A stretch of 59,643 bases of DNA, filler included, from Circinaria calcarea (taxonomy: Eukaryota), in assembly GCA_051942165.1 (NCBI GenBank). It is 6 parts of 6 records of this genome, joined end to end, with 100 filler letters (N's around TTAATTAATTAA, not from the genome) between each part and the next. Parts side by side here need not be neighbours in the genome. Positions count along the whole stretch, not along the records: positions 1 to 9,872 come from JAVECS010000877.1; positions 9,973 to 19,835 come from JAVECS010000878.1; 4 more parts are not named here. One strand, 5' to 3'. Shown piece after piece: positions 1 through 13,136 of the stretch. Under the pieces are notes generated by a model. The model saw nothing but the letters and a program-made list of their open reading frames with translations. It was not told the DNA's origin and did not search any database. How positions within the stretch are numbered: position 1 is the first letter of the stretch; the number at the start of each line of letters is the position of its first letter. Made by a program: the position numbers and the translations under genes.

Positions 1-151
1 TCTCTTTACATGGAAAATCTGATCCGGTTTTGTCCAGGGGAGAACTCGTAGGTTTGCCAAAGGGTGTTGGTGTCTTCATGATCATATGCGCGTTGGTCGT
101 AGCAAACAGCGTAGCAGCCGCAGCCAAAAGGAAGGTCTTGATGAAAGGCAT
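1..151 (-). CDS. AA11 lytic polysaccharide monooxygenase, 5' part (runs off the window)
   Basis: Manual translation from ATG at 151 gives MPFIKTFLLAAAATLFATTNA|HMIMKTPTPFGKPTSSPLDKTGSDFPCKE. This is a signal peptide, then an N-terminal His, then the HMxMxxPxP...SPL...GSDFPCK pattern typical of AA11. Not in the ORF track. Confidence 0.85.
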   Translation of the reverse strand, partial: MPFIKTFLLAAAATLFATTNAHMIMKTPTPFGKPTSSPLDKTGSDFPCKE

Positions 152-2235
152 GTTATGTATTGTGTTGATCTTGCCGGAAGATTTCTTAATTGATGCTTTG
201 ATCTTGATGGGTGACGTGTAGTCTTAGTATGCAAAGATCGTAGAGTCGTACAGATGATCTCGCCAGGAGATGTTGGTCTATATGGGTACCGACTGGGATA
301 GGTGTGTAGAGACACGTCTAGATGGATCTATGGATGTGGAAATTAGCGATCAACGCTGGTGGAGTAAAAGAGCGTACGAGAAGGTGCAGTGGATCAAAGA
401 AGGTGCAGAGTAAAGTTGAGAGTTATAGTGGAGGATGACCGAGGGATGAATGGGAGTCGAGTCAGATGTTCAACCGGGCCTTGCATGAACAATGAGCTTT
501 GTCGTTCGGTGAATGCTGTGAATAGCTTCCCGTAATATGACAAACCCTTTATTCATTGTTCCGGACAACCTGAGTCTTTGCGGTAAGGCGCCAGCGTGAC
601 AATGAAGAAACTCACCTTGAGGAAAAAGCTAAGGACGGTGATGCTGCAGTGAACGTAGTTGCGAAGATTCCAAGTACGTCTGAAGGACAGTCGGTCCGCC
701 GCAGGCAAGACAGCAATATAAGACAGAAGAATGAAGGAGAAGGTCTAGCCTTGACAAGAATGCTGTAGAGAGGAAGCGTCGTGATGCGATGCTGAAGATG
801 GCTGGGAAGACGAATGGATTTATATGGTGGCCGTCAGGTCCCCCTTACATGGCCCCTCACCCCCTCATTTTTTTTTCTTCTGGAGCGCTAGCCACTAACA
901 AAGGGACAAGCACTTAAACCTCACACCCGAAAGGTATTAGTATCGTGCTGGGACCAGTCGTGGCCCGGGGAGAATATTCTAGCCAGACAGGATGTCCTTG
1001 CAGGTTTTACAGCGCGTCGATGTGGTTCCATGGCACGTTCCACCTCAGGTCCTCAGCAGCTGGTGTTTTCCGTGGGAAAAAGGCATAGGCCCTCCTGGAT
1101 TCTGATTGAGCGAGCTCCCGCCCACTATCGACAAAACGATTCCAGGAAAGGATGGGAGACCTGAAGCACGCCGGTGAGATTCGCCGACGAAACGGCAGGG
1201 AGATCCTATCGTGGAGACGCGCCATTCGGGATGTTTTGTTTAGTAGGAAACCGATAGTCTACTCGGACGGTGCTTGATGGCTGCATCTTGGCCAAGACTC
1301 CAGTGGCTCTGGGCACTCCGCAGAGGATGTGGCCGTGTTTTCAAACAGCTTGAGCGCGTGTAGACAGGTTCCCATTGAGGATCCTTTGCAGCTGACGTGG
1401 AAGTGTTCAGGTCCGGCCACAGCCATTGATGGATGACTGGTTGTCCGGAATCCGGGGGAAGTAGAATTCTTCATAAAGGCGGCCAATGAGATTGCAAATA
1501 TCCTTTAGGCGAAAAGCCCTAGTCCTCTAGCCTCTAACCCGTACCAGTCCGGAATAGGCTCGAGCCGCCAATTGGCGTCTTGGTTCCGGACTCAGGGGAA
1601 ACAACCATAGAAAGAATTGCAAGCGCGCGCCGGGACTGCATTATGGTATTATGGTATTATGAAACTCCTGCAGAAGAAGAAAAATTGCCATGTGAATTTT
1701 CAAGGCCTACGTTTCAGAACCCCGCAGGACCTTATCCATAATCTTCCTATCGTATATCCCATACTCAGGGGTCAATCGTCTCAACTTTCTCCGCAGAGAA
1801 CCACCGAGAGGAGTGTGAGTGTTTGTGACACGTGATGCACTCGACCGCACCCTATCATTGAATTTCGGACTTTATCTATCGAGCATGCACCTAAGGTCGA
1901 CGAGGCGCAAAAGTCCTCTACCTCCGCAAACGACCATCTCATCTCTAAGATGAGTTTTTCGTATCCAATTATCACTGCAAGCACATTCCGAGTACCACGT
2001 TGTCTGGTTGTCTGCATCCCCTTTGATCTAGTAGTCTACTTAGAAGATCCGAGAGCCTCGCGATTTCAACTAGTGGCTTCTACTTCTCCCCTTGGGCTAA
2101 GCCTTTACTTTTCGACTTGATATCTACGGTTGATAACGTCAGTAATTCCCTGATTTCTCGTCCATCATCTATGACAAGTGTCCCCCAAGAATCATTATTC
2201 ACCAGTTGGGCCGAAGGATTGGACAGAATTCTCCC

Positions 2236-4060
2236 ATGGCTTCCATTGCGCGTCATCACCGTGTCGCAGAGTCCACGGTGCTCATCATCATGACCGGAGG
2301 GACCATTTGCATGCGGAGAAGCGCCGACGGATTCATTCCCGCCAGGGGCTTCCTCGAGGCCTGCTTGGCTCCCCGCCCGTCGTTCAATGATGGCTCGGAC
2401 CCCGACCCGGTCCAGGTGGTGACCGCAAAGGGCCACATGAAGGCCCTGCGGAGCTTGCGTACGCCCTGTAGTCAATATGACCGTCATGTGCGGTATGCTG
2501 TCCTCGAGTTCGAGGAACTCCTCGACAGCAGCTCCATTGATGCCAAAGGCTGGGCGGAGATTGCCCAAACTATATTTAGAAACTATCAACTCTTTGAGGC
2601 ATTTGTTGTATTGCACGGTACTGACAGTCTTGCGTATACCTGTTCCGCCTTGAGCTTCATGCTACAGCATCTGGGGAAGCCGGTCATTCTGACGGGGTCT
2701 CAAGCGCCAATGCTGGAGCTGCAGAATGATGCAACGGACAATCTTCTGGGAAGTCTGATAATCGCAGGTACGGTAGACTGCTGCGATGGCGGTCCCTCGT
2801 CTCGATTAGTTGACTGATGGTCGTCTCGTAGGTCACTTCATGATACCAGAAGTGCGGTGCATGTCATAGTGTCCACTGAGTCCTCGCATTGGCTGACCAA
2901 AGGACAGGTCTGTTTATATTTTGGGTATAAGATATTAAGGGGAAACAGAGCGTTGAAGGTATCTGCCAATGAGTTTGCTGCTTTTGCGTAAGCAGTACTC
3001 GTTCTCGGTGGGGTGAGTCATGTTAACAATCTCCAGATCTCCAAATTACCCGCCTTTGGCTACAATTACTTCTTTAAAGACCCATGTCTCCTGGGACCTT
3101 GTTCATAGGCCGGTGCAACTCAAGCCTTTTCGTGTGCAGAACAATCTAGATACAGCTCACGTCGCCTGTCTGAGGATCTTTCCTGGTATCAAGCCGGAAA
3201 TGGTGGAAGCGGTTCTAAAAGTCACCGGCTTGCGAGGACTCGTCCTTGAGACCTTTGGGGCCGGCAATGCTCACGGAGGACCTGACAGTATCATGACAAA
3301 GATCTTCTCGGACGCTGTGCAGAGAGGAATCGTGATTGTTAATGTTACGCAATGTCTGTCTCGGTTCGTTTCATGCATTCACAATGCCAGCCATGCTGAC
3401 GTTTAATAGGCCTGACGGGAAGTGTAAGTCCGTTATATGAGCCTGCCATGCTCTTGGGGAGAGCAGGCGTTGTTCCAGGTTATGACTTGACAACCGAAGC
3501 CGCCTTGACAAAGCTGTCCTGCTTGCTTGCGTTACCTGATCTATCCACAGAAGATATTGTACAGCAGATGTCTAGTAACTTGTGCGGAGAACTCACTGAA
3601 CATGCACAAATGATATTCCAACACCCCGGTGATCAGTTGCCATCTCGCCAAACGGGCCTTTCCCGTCTAAATCATGCCATTGCGGAGGGCGACGTGAATC
3701 AGATGAGAGAACTCATCAAAGCTGAACCGAGGTGGCTCCTCAATGAAGGAGATTACACTGGCAACACCCCGTTGGTGAGTCTATTCTTACCGATTTATCG
3801 CAAGTGTCTAAGCAACAGCATAGCATCTCGCAGCCACGGGGCCCAACCTAGAGGCCTTACGGACGCTCCTCCTGCAAGGTGCCTCGGTGCACCTGCGAAA
3901 TAAGGCAGGCCATACTCCACTCTTCTTGGCGGCCAGCGCAGGTTTATCAGCGCACGTCGTGCTGCTCCGGGAGTCGGGCGCACATCTGCATGCCAGCGAA
4001 CTTGAGGTTGCACAGCTGCTCTCTCGCGATGAGATGATCTGGCGTAGTGCCGGCTTATAA
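2236..4060 (+). CDS. Cytosolic L-asparaginase with C-terminal ankyrin repeats (60-kDa lysophospholipase type), 6 exons
   Basis: Motifs TGGTI, HGTDS, PVILTGSQ, RGNR, SPNYPPLA, ETFGAGN; ankyrin DYTGNTPLHLAA and GHTPLFLAA. Introns 2768-2831, 2852-2907, 2988-3036, 3354-3409 and 3775-3823 splice in frame; TAA at 4058-4060. Confidence 0.93.
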
Positions 4061-5189
4061 TTCGTGGAAATGATCCCGGCCAATCGAAACGGCCCAAAAC
4101 TCCGCGGAGGTCCCTTTTGCACGTGGGATGAGATGCAGAAGGTCGGTAGGTGCCGGACGAGACGGCAGGTTAGCCCTCCTATGAGAGATTTACGGAGGAA
4201 GATCCGTTTTGTAAATGAGTGCAATTCGTGACCCTGTAAGAGATCTCGTGTGGGGGCGTGTTTAAAGAATAAGCATCCTACTTGCTGATTCGGAGCTACG
4301 TGGCTTCGATGTCCGGCAGCGATGATCTGATACCTCCTGGGTACTCGCTTCTCTCCACGTCGATCTGAAATCCCCCAAATCCCCAGGGACGGCAATGGCA
4401 TCATTGTTCACCTTTTCAGCCACGATGGGTGCTAAGTTGCATTAGAACAATAATAGCGCATTCAAAGGCCCCGACGATTGTGGGGAAAGTGGCCTCCGTA
4501 TTATTTAGTTCACTAACCACATGGGTCCCCAAATACCGTTCTAACAGGAGAAAGGAATATTGTTACTACCAGCAAAAAGCACCCAGGCACTCAGGGTCGA
4601 CGGTGGCCCAGCCTCCGCAATTTGTCTGGTCGAAGGCTGAAGGAACGAGCGCCTTACGTAAAAGACCGGGAAAGTCTATTTTGCAGATCCACATCTTTCA
4701 AATTGTTGACACCATGTTCTCCCTCTTTCGGTGGCTCTACCTTGATTCATCCCGCGGCGGATTACTCGTCGTGTTACCTTTGCAGGACTTTGGTCAAAAG
4801 CTGGCATGATGGCTCTCTTACGACATCCCAAGGACACGTGGTGCATAACAGCTTCAGTCCCATGCACTCTTTTCCATCTGCAGCAGCGGCAAATGGCGAG
4901 AACGAAACCACACCAGGCCCCGGATCTCTTCTATATTCGTGCTGCAGACAACAGTCGTGATTCTAAGACGGTTGAACAGCAACTTCTATGCCTACTGGTA
5001 TCGGCCGAGTCTTTGGCCTTCTCCTCACACTACCAAAAGCCTAACGGGTGCCCGATAAATCAGTCCATCGCTTCTCCGTTGTTGGCTTTGGTGCATGTTC
5101 CCTCTTCGAAGCGCCCCCTCACCTCCCAACACGCGCCGTTCCTCGGTACATGCTCACAAGGGCTAAATTATCCCATCCTCGTCTGATCA

Positions 5190-6198
5190 ATGCCAAATAA
5201 GACTATCGTCACAGTCAACTCGAGTGGTCGTCAAGCAGCGTCTCTCGTGCGGGTCGCCTCTGCCGTGGGCTATCATGTCCATGCACAGCTTCATAGCCGA
5301 GAGAGTATAGTGGCCCAAGAGCTGGAAGGTCTCCAGAATGTGACGGTGGTGGAGGGATCCTTGGAGGACAAAACCTTGGTCAAGGATCTGTTCCAAGGCG
5401 CCCAGTTGGCATTCATCAACACGACAGCGCATGGCGACGAGGTAGCGATTGGCAGGAGCCTGGTGGACGCGGCGAAGAAGGCTGGGATTCAGCATTTCAT
5501 CTACAGCAGTATGCCTGATCATGGCACTTTTGGAAGGGGTTGGCCTAGTCTACCGATGTGGAGTACCAAATTCACCATCGAAAACTACATCAGGCAAGTC
5601 GGATTGCCTGCAACGTTTGTCTATGCAGGAATCTACAACAACAATTTCACCAGTCAACCGTTTCCGCTATTCTGCATGGAGCTGCAGACGGACGGAAGCT
5701 TCCTATGGAAGTCCCCATTCGACCCCGACGTCCCCCTGCCGTGGTTGGATGCTGAACATGACGTCGGACCGGCTATACTACAGCTATTCAAAGATGGACC
5801 TCGAAAGTGGTCCGGGCACCGGTAGGTGGAGCAACGGTTCCGTCTTGCTCTTCACCAAGTCAAATACACTGACTACTCCGTGCTCCAGAATCGCCCTTGC
5901 GTTCGAAGTCCTCAGTCCTCGTCAATTATGCGCCGCATTCTCCAAAGGTGTCGGCCACCCTGTCCGATATCGGCGCGGTCCCATCGAGATCAAAGTTCCT
6001 ATACCGCACGGTTACCGCGAACAACTCGAAGGGATCACGGTGTTGTTTGGCGAGCATCGGGCGCCCTACTTTGGTCCCGACTTGGAAGCGCCAGGGGAAG
6101 CATTGCAGTTGTGGGAAGGGTACCGGGGGATTGAGGAGTACGCAAGGGAGGTCTTCCCGGTCGAAGAGGCCGCGAATGGGATGACTTGGATGAATTGA
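5190..6198 (+). CDS. nmrA: Nitrogen metabolite repression regulator NmrA/Nmr1 (atypical SDR fold)
   Basis: KTIVTVNSSGRQAASLVRVASAVGYHVHAQ, GIQHFIYSSMPDH, YAGIYNNNFTS, PWLDAEHDVGPA and EYAREVFPVEE match NmrA. Intron 5822-5888 joins the two ORFs in frame. Confidence 0.92.
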
Positions 6199-6794
6199 GG
6201 ATTTACGGATGGAGAAGCTTGATTGCTGCATCGTGCGATGCGCAGTGACGAGGATAAATTTCAACTTAGCCAAGCATATCTGCATCTGTGGGGCGTCTGG
6301 GGGAAAAGGTGAGACGCAATCGGATTCTCGCTAGAATAGAGATTCCAAGGGCTCCTTTGATGTGACTTTTTCGAGATCTCACTGTTGAACATACTGTACC
6401 TTTGGGAATGACTCCAAACCTCAACAAATTAGGGAATGGGTGGAAGTTCCCCGGACTTTTCTCGGTTGACTAACGTAAGTACCCCACAGACCACAGCCGC
6501 GTGACACGGCACCTTTCCAGTGCCAAGCCCGAAGCATTTGTCGCCGGCGGTTCACTATGGAGTAAAGTAACCAATGGCAGAAAGGACCTCAGCGAGCCCA
6601 TAGCGAGCTTAGGGTACAACTAAGATCCCCCCTCCTACATCAATCATGTACATACAGTAGAGTATTCCACGCAGTTGGTAGACGCTTGTTGATGGAACTT
6701 GTGCATGAGAGTACATTGGTATCGGCGACGCATCTTTGACATTGGCTCCGATCCAATACTGGTAGAGCAGTTCCACTTTGGACAGTCGCACTGC

Positions 6795-9700
6795 ATGACC
6801 GACATGGCACTCACGCATTCGGGCCAAATGCCCAAGATGCTCTGGCAGCATCCTCAGCCGGAAACCACCAACATATACCAATTCAAGCAGGCGGTTGCCC
6901 GCAAGAGGGGAATAGACCTACCAGTCTGTATGCCCTTTCCTTGCTGCTTGCACTATCCTGTACCTCCATCGCTTTCTGTAGCAACTGTGCTACGAGCTGC
7001 CTATGATACAAGCTTGCAAGATCTTTGCCCGACTAAAACCCTCAGCTTCCTTAGACTTTTCAAGCTCTCTTTGACTACTCCATCAACAGTCCCGCATCCT
7101 TCTGGGCAGACGCCTGGTCAGACTTTCCCATTGTCCATTCCGGCAAGCCAAACCTCATCGTCGACGAATCTGCCCGTATCGACAGCCTCCCGCGATGGTT
7201 TCCTGGTGTGACCCTCAACTACGCGGAGAATATCCTCTACACTGCCTCTCCCCAATCGCCATCTACGAGGAGCACCCTTCACAAGGAAGACTCCCGCGTT
7301 GCTATCGTTGAAGTGCGCGAAGGTCTTTCCTCAACGCGAGAACTTACGTGGGGCCAGCTACGGGCTAGAGCAGCAGTTTTTGCTTCTGCGTTCAGGAGGC
7401 ATGGTGTGAAAAGGGGGGACCGGGTTGCGGTTGTGGCAGGAAATAGCCTCGATACACTTTGTGTTTTCCTTGGAGTTACGAGCTTGGGGGGATTGTTCAG
7501 TAGCAGCAGCTGCGACATGGGTACTGCAGGGATATTAGAGCGGCTGAAGCAGATCAAGCCAAAGTGGCTATTCGTGGACGAAGTGGCGGTATATAATGGA
7601 AAAACTACGGATCTAAGGGCAAAGATGGAGGAACTAACAGAAGGGATGAGAGGAATCGCGGAATTTGAGGGGGTGGTTAGTGTACCTCGATTGATGGACC
7701 AGCCAAGAGATATGGAGGGTATCAAAGGTGTAAGATCTTTGGACACGTTTCTTGAAGGGGAAGAGGAGGGTAAGATGGAGTTCGAGAGAGTGGGATTTCA
7801 AGATGGTTTCTTGATCGTGTATAGCAGCGGGACGACTGGACCGCCCAAATGCATTGTGCACGGGACTGGGAGTATATTGCTAGGAGCGTGGAAAGAAGGG
7901 CACTTTCATAGGGAGATGGGAAAGGATAGTGTGGCATTACAATACACTACTACTGGTATGCACAATTCAATTGCCAGTCATGACTTTGTCATTACGGAGG
8001 CTCCAGAGTATCCGTGCCTTTGATCCGAATAAGATCAGTGACGCATCTCCCCAAAGATAGAGTTAATCGTTTGCTTTCTGACAACAGGTTGGATCATGTA
8101 CCTCGCTAGCATTCAAACTCTTCTCTTCGGCGCCAAACTCGTCATGTACGATGGTTCACCGTTCTATCCCCGGGTTGATGTTTTTCTTCAATTAGTCGAG
8201 CAGCAGAAGTACATCCGTGACTATCCTTCTCAAACAACCTCAGCTGAACATACAACCAGGGTTACCCATTTTGGCATCTCCCCGCGATACCTTCGGATCC
8301 TACAAGCGGCTTCAGTCGTCCCGAAAGAAGCTGCAGACCTTTCGTCTCTCAAACTCGTTACTTCGACCGGTATGTCGTCTCACGGTCATCTCTATCTATT
8401 TTTATACTTGGCTATATTTCCCGGAATGTGCGGTCCCTATTACACTTCCTCAATCACGACCATCCCACTATACTGCTGATTTAATCCCCAACCATCACAG
8501 GTATGGTCCTCCCACCCGCCCTGTTCTCCTACTTCTACTCCCCGGTCGGATTTCCTCCCCGTACCCATCTCGCCAATATATACGGAGGCACCGATATCGC
8601 TGGTGCGTTTCTCGATTGCAATGCCCTTGACCCTGTATATGAGACTGGAGGCTGCCAGGGACGGAGTCTAGGAATGGATGTGAGGGTATACGATCCTGAT
8701 ATCGGGGAGGGCGAGGTCGGCAGAGAAGTCGAGGCGGGGAAAGAAGGGGAATTGGTGGCTGTAAAGGTATTTGGGATCTCGAAGAATGATAGAATGGTAA
8801 TGATAGCTGACATGAGCTGCATCATCTCAGCCGTTTCCAAACATGCCCATCTCATTCTGGGGTGACGACACAGGGGAAAAGTACTACTCTGCGTACTTCT
8901 CCCGATTCGATAGTACGTTCCCGCCTTTCAAATACCCTCTCCATCTTGCCACATTTTGCCTTCCTTCCCTCTCTGCCAACCCCTTTTTGACAAAATTAAT
9001 CCCTGTACCTACCATAGACGTGTGGACCCAAGGCGACCTCATCTCCATTCACCCTCCCACAAACTCCCTCATCCTCCATGGTCGAGCCGACGGTGTATTG
9101 AATCCTTCAGGGGTTCGATTTGGCTCGGCAGAGATCTATGCCGTTATCGACACGCACTTTGGTAACGAAATCGAGGACTCGGTCTGTGTGGGGCAGAGGA
9201 GGAAACAGGATACTGATGTAAGCTAAATTTCCTGTGCTATACCCAACACCCTGGGAACTTGGGAAAGATACGGACAGTGGAGATTGATCCCAGGCAGGGG
9301 AATGACTGACACCGTGAAATGGTCTGGTAGGAACGCGTCCTCCTCTTTACCAAACTCCGCCCCGGCCATACCCTCACGCCCTCTCTCGTCTCACGCATCA
9401 AATCCCAAATCACAACCAGTCTGAGCATCACACACACGCCCGCTTTTATATTCGAAACCCCGGAAATTCCCGTCCGTATCCCTTTTTCCTTGTCTCCCCA
9501 TTCCTCTACCCGTCACCTCTTCCCTCTACCCCTCACCTCTTTTCTCTACCCCCCACCTCTTTCCTCCATCCCATTCATTCCCGCCCTTCCGCACTCACCC
9601 AAACCTCTAATCCTCTCCGGCCCCCGCTCACCCCCTCGCTAACGCATCCGCAAAAGACAACAATCAACGGCAAAAAGGTCGAAACGCCGGTGAAAGCTAT

Positions 9701-9818
9701 CCTCTGCGGGAAGAACATCACACTCTCGCGCACGTTGGCAAATCCGGCCTGCCTGGCGTTTTACGAGCGCTTTGTGGATCTGGAAGGGTATCTGAAGGAG
9801 TTGCGACGGCGAAAGTGA
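6795..9818 (+). CDS. Acetoacetyl-CoA synthetase (acetoacetate-CoA ligase), multi-exon
   Basis: WFPGVTLNYAEN, YSSGTTGPPKCIVHG, QYTTTGWIMY, GGTDI, GRADGVLNPSGVRFGSAEIY and TINGKKVETPVK. The last exon ends ...KELRRRK* (TGA 9816-9818). The start could be 6795 or 6804. Confidence 0.9.
9503..9562. repeat. Short intronic tandem repeat, about 20-bp unit CTCTACCCNTCACCTCTT, 3 copies
   Basis: Three near-identical units read directly in the last AACS intron. Confidence 0.7.
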
Positions 9819-9872
9819 ATGGTTTTGGGGTTGGGGGGAAGGGGGAGGAGAGGCAAGGGAAGTAAAGTTGTC

Positions 9873-9972
9873 NNNNNNNNNNNNNNNNNNNNNNNNNNNN
9901 NNNNNNNNNNNNNNNNTTAATTAATTAANNNNNNNNNNNNNNNNNNNNNNNNNNNNNNNNNNNNNNNNNNNN
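9873..9972. other. Artificial contig linker
   Basis: N44-TTAATTAATTAA-N44, which has stops in all six frames. Confidence 0.99.
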
Positions 9973-12591
9973 GGAAGGCTAGTTGCTTGCACGATACTCC
10001 GTACCTTGACAGCTCCCTCCTCCTCGATGAGTTTCCGGATGACGCGAAGCAGCGCCGGGGAAAACTATTCATCTGATTAGTGGATGCATTCTTGACCAAC
10101 CAGTAGCCGGACCTACTTCAGAATACCAGCGGTATTGCCAAGCAATCAACCGTATCATTCCCTGCAGTACACTTTCACTTTTTTTCTCTTGCTCAAACAT
10201 CTTTACTACCGCCCTCATAGCCTTCGGACTGAAACGAATTCGCAAACAATTTTGATATGCCTCGATTGCCTCGTTGAAATGATGCAACCGTTCCGCCAAT
10301 TCACCTAAGATTTCCCATTCTTCAGCGCTCTTGGCATACAGAGTGTTTGTAGAACTACCACTCGAGGCAACCGGGTCGTTTGCAGCTTTAGCACGGGCCA
10401 TATCTGTACGCCAGATTGTGTATATACGAAGATCTTCGTAAAGTACCATGAAAAGATTATCTAACCAGCGTTCACAGAGTCGTTTGTTGTGGAAGTGGGT
10501 GTAACTGGCGTGGGAGGAATCGCCCTGGCCAGAATTAATAATGGATGCCAATTCTGGAACCAAGTAAAGATTGCTGATGAGTCAATGCAAAGGAAGGCGC
10601 TTACATCATCTCCACCGGACTTCACCTCTGCCGAGGCCACAGTATGTTCGGGCAGCTCAATCGAACTATCTTCGAAAGGGTCAGCCCTATTCATCGATCC
10701 GTTAGTCTCATCCACCGCAGACGAAGCACCGTCATCTTGGTTCTCTGCTGCGTTGTCAACCGCTGAACCATTTTCACCCTCTCCATTAACGTTTGGACTT
10801 GGTGCGCGCAAAGCAGTTGTACTTGGATTGCGGCCTGTTGTACGACCAGTTCCAGGCTGGCTCTTTTCAGTTCGGTACTCCTCCTCCATTACGAAAACCT
10901 GACTTCGGACCTTCAATAGTTGATCCCAACCGATTTTCGCTGTAATATCAGTAAGTAGGCTGTATGCCTTGAGAAACGTCCCCTTGTAGCTAGCTGCGCT
11001 CAGCTTGCGTAAATTTGGATGTACCATTTCAGTATCGTAGCCATTCATGGATTCGTCAATCTCGTCCAGCATAGTGTCTGGCAGCACAGGTAGCAGCACA
11101 CGAGCCGGCTCTGGCATCCGTGGAGCATCCTTGTCTTGGTAAGTAAACATTGGGCACGAGTTCAACGTAAGAAGCGCATCATCCCATTGCTCCAGACCGA
11201 CGTATATCTCAGCCAGCTTAGACCATGTGCCAAATTCGCTAGGTGCAGCTATAACAGCACGCTCTGCAAGTGGTAACGCCCATTTCAGATTACCTTTACT
11301 CTGCAGGAAAGTAGCTTGGCAATCCAGAAGTGAATAATCCATAGGAAGCTCCTCTATAGCATTTGTCAAAAGGCGCACGGCCTTGACTTCTTCGTCACCG
11401 GAAATCAGCACACGGGCGAGGAGGGAGGAGACTTCAGGATCACGAGTCCTAAGCTTTTCGAAAAGGTTTTCACCTGAGGTATAACGTCCAGTTGTGTGTA
11501 TGTAGTTGAGGAGACCGGTGGTTAAATGGTTTGTGACTAGATTGGGAACCTGTATCTCGGGGTCAGACCCAAGCTGCCAGCCTGTTCGGTATTAAGCAGG
11601 CTTTCGAGGCAGTGGACTAGGCGAAAACATTTACCTTTGAAAAATAGTCGCTCGGCAGCATCCAGAAACTTGTGCTCAACCTCGGTACTAGTGATAGGAT
11701 CGAACCTTCGAACGGCAATAATCTTCTTAATGGTATCGCCACTTCCATCGTCGGCGTACGAGTATGCGCGCAGAACACCACATAGAAAGGTTTCCAACCA
11801 GAGACTATCTGAATCGACCCGCTTGTCTCCCCTTTCATCTATACAATAGCTCTCAACTCCACCAGGTATCTTGACTTCCACACGCATGTCAAGACGTGAA
11901 AAGGCATTATAACAGCTTATAAGAGATTAGCTTCAGGAATCCACATTGATCTACGGCATGCGAACCAGTAAATCCCAGAAACAATCTTATGTGACTTGTC
12001 GCTGGATGTTTGAGTCAGGGTGTTGATGTAAGCAGCTAGACTTGCAGATGAAGACGCATCGATTCCCGTGACATGGTGGTAACTCCCAGTCTACATGCCG
12101 TCCTGATCAGCTAAGCTCGTCGGCCCCTCGTGGAGATCTGTGTGGACCGACTCACCTGCCGAGTACCAGACTTGGTGGACTGCTTAATAAGATGCACAAG
12201 ATCTGGAGGCCCCAATTCGCGTAAAGTTGGCAGGGCTTCATTCCGACTCTCGAGTGCAGCATCTATGTTTTGCTCAATCACCCTAGAATTTCCTGCATCA
12301 GCCCGCTATCCGAACAGCTAAGGAGCGTTTGACCCTAAGCCTAGTAAAATATTTCTACGACGGCCCTGGCAACCGATATGTCATGTAAACAAAGCCTACA
12401 CAGAAGGTGAAACCAAGGCGAGACTGCAAAAGCTGAATATCATGCAAGGTATCAGGTGCAGAGAAACTATGTCTCCGACAACGGATCGTTGCAAAAGCGA
12501 TGGTCAAGGTTCAGACCAATTATGGTAAAGGTAATCATATGTGACTTTGGAGGTGTAAATAAACTTACTCTGGAAGAGCTGGCGCAACCAT
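9973..12591 (-). CDS. ChAPs-family exomer cargo adaptor (Bud7/Bch1-like), 3'-truncated by contig end
   Basis: Exon 1 is MVAPALP (ATG 12591, donor 12568). It is followed by LRELGPPDLVHL, GSYHHVTGIDASSSASLAAYINTL, CYNAFSRLDMRVEVKIPGGVESY, ALLTLNSCPM, KIGWDQLLKVRSQVFVMEEEY and KRLCERWLDNLFMVLYEDLR. Confidence 0.92.
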
Positions 12592-13136
12592 GGCGTGTAG
12601 CCGTAGAGAAACTTGGTCAACGCTCAGTGGTACTGCTACTGAGGTTGCGCGGGGTTTCAACTGATATCTAAACCCAATGAAAGTATAATCAGTATTCGGA
12701 AGCAAACTGGGCGAGACATTATCGATTGACGGGATGGTAATGGACCGAGTTAGACAAGGAAGGCAGGAGGAACTGGAATATGGTAACGACTGTACATACC
12801 GTGATACCATACGCCGCACGGGGCACCTTTAAGCGAGCTGGAAGTAAAAATAAGCTTCACCGGGCACTAATGCTAGCGTGTCCCCTTTGCCACGCTTTCC
12901 TTGTTTGGACATCGCGGCCATAGAACATGTACAGAGCACAGTATATAGGCAGACTCTCTAATCTGAGATACCCCACCAATAGCACTTCGGCATTTCCCTC
13001 ATCTTCCGCTTGGAGAGTTGATCACCCATCATCAAATCTTGAAATGTGAGACGGGGGAGGGGGTTATGTTATGCTGCAATCAGCCAACGACATGTTCCGG
13101 TGACCCAGCTAAAGAATCTAAGAAAATCTAGCAGAC

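Noticed and set aside
1158..1200. Hammerhead-like CTGAAG...hairpin...CGAAAC
   Set aside because: The core reads CUGAAGC rather than CUGANGA, and I could not build stems I and III.
9917..10099. ORFs containing X runs (also near 29842 and 49744-49748)
   Set aside because: They are artefacts of translating through the linkers.
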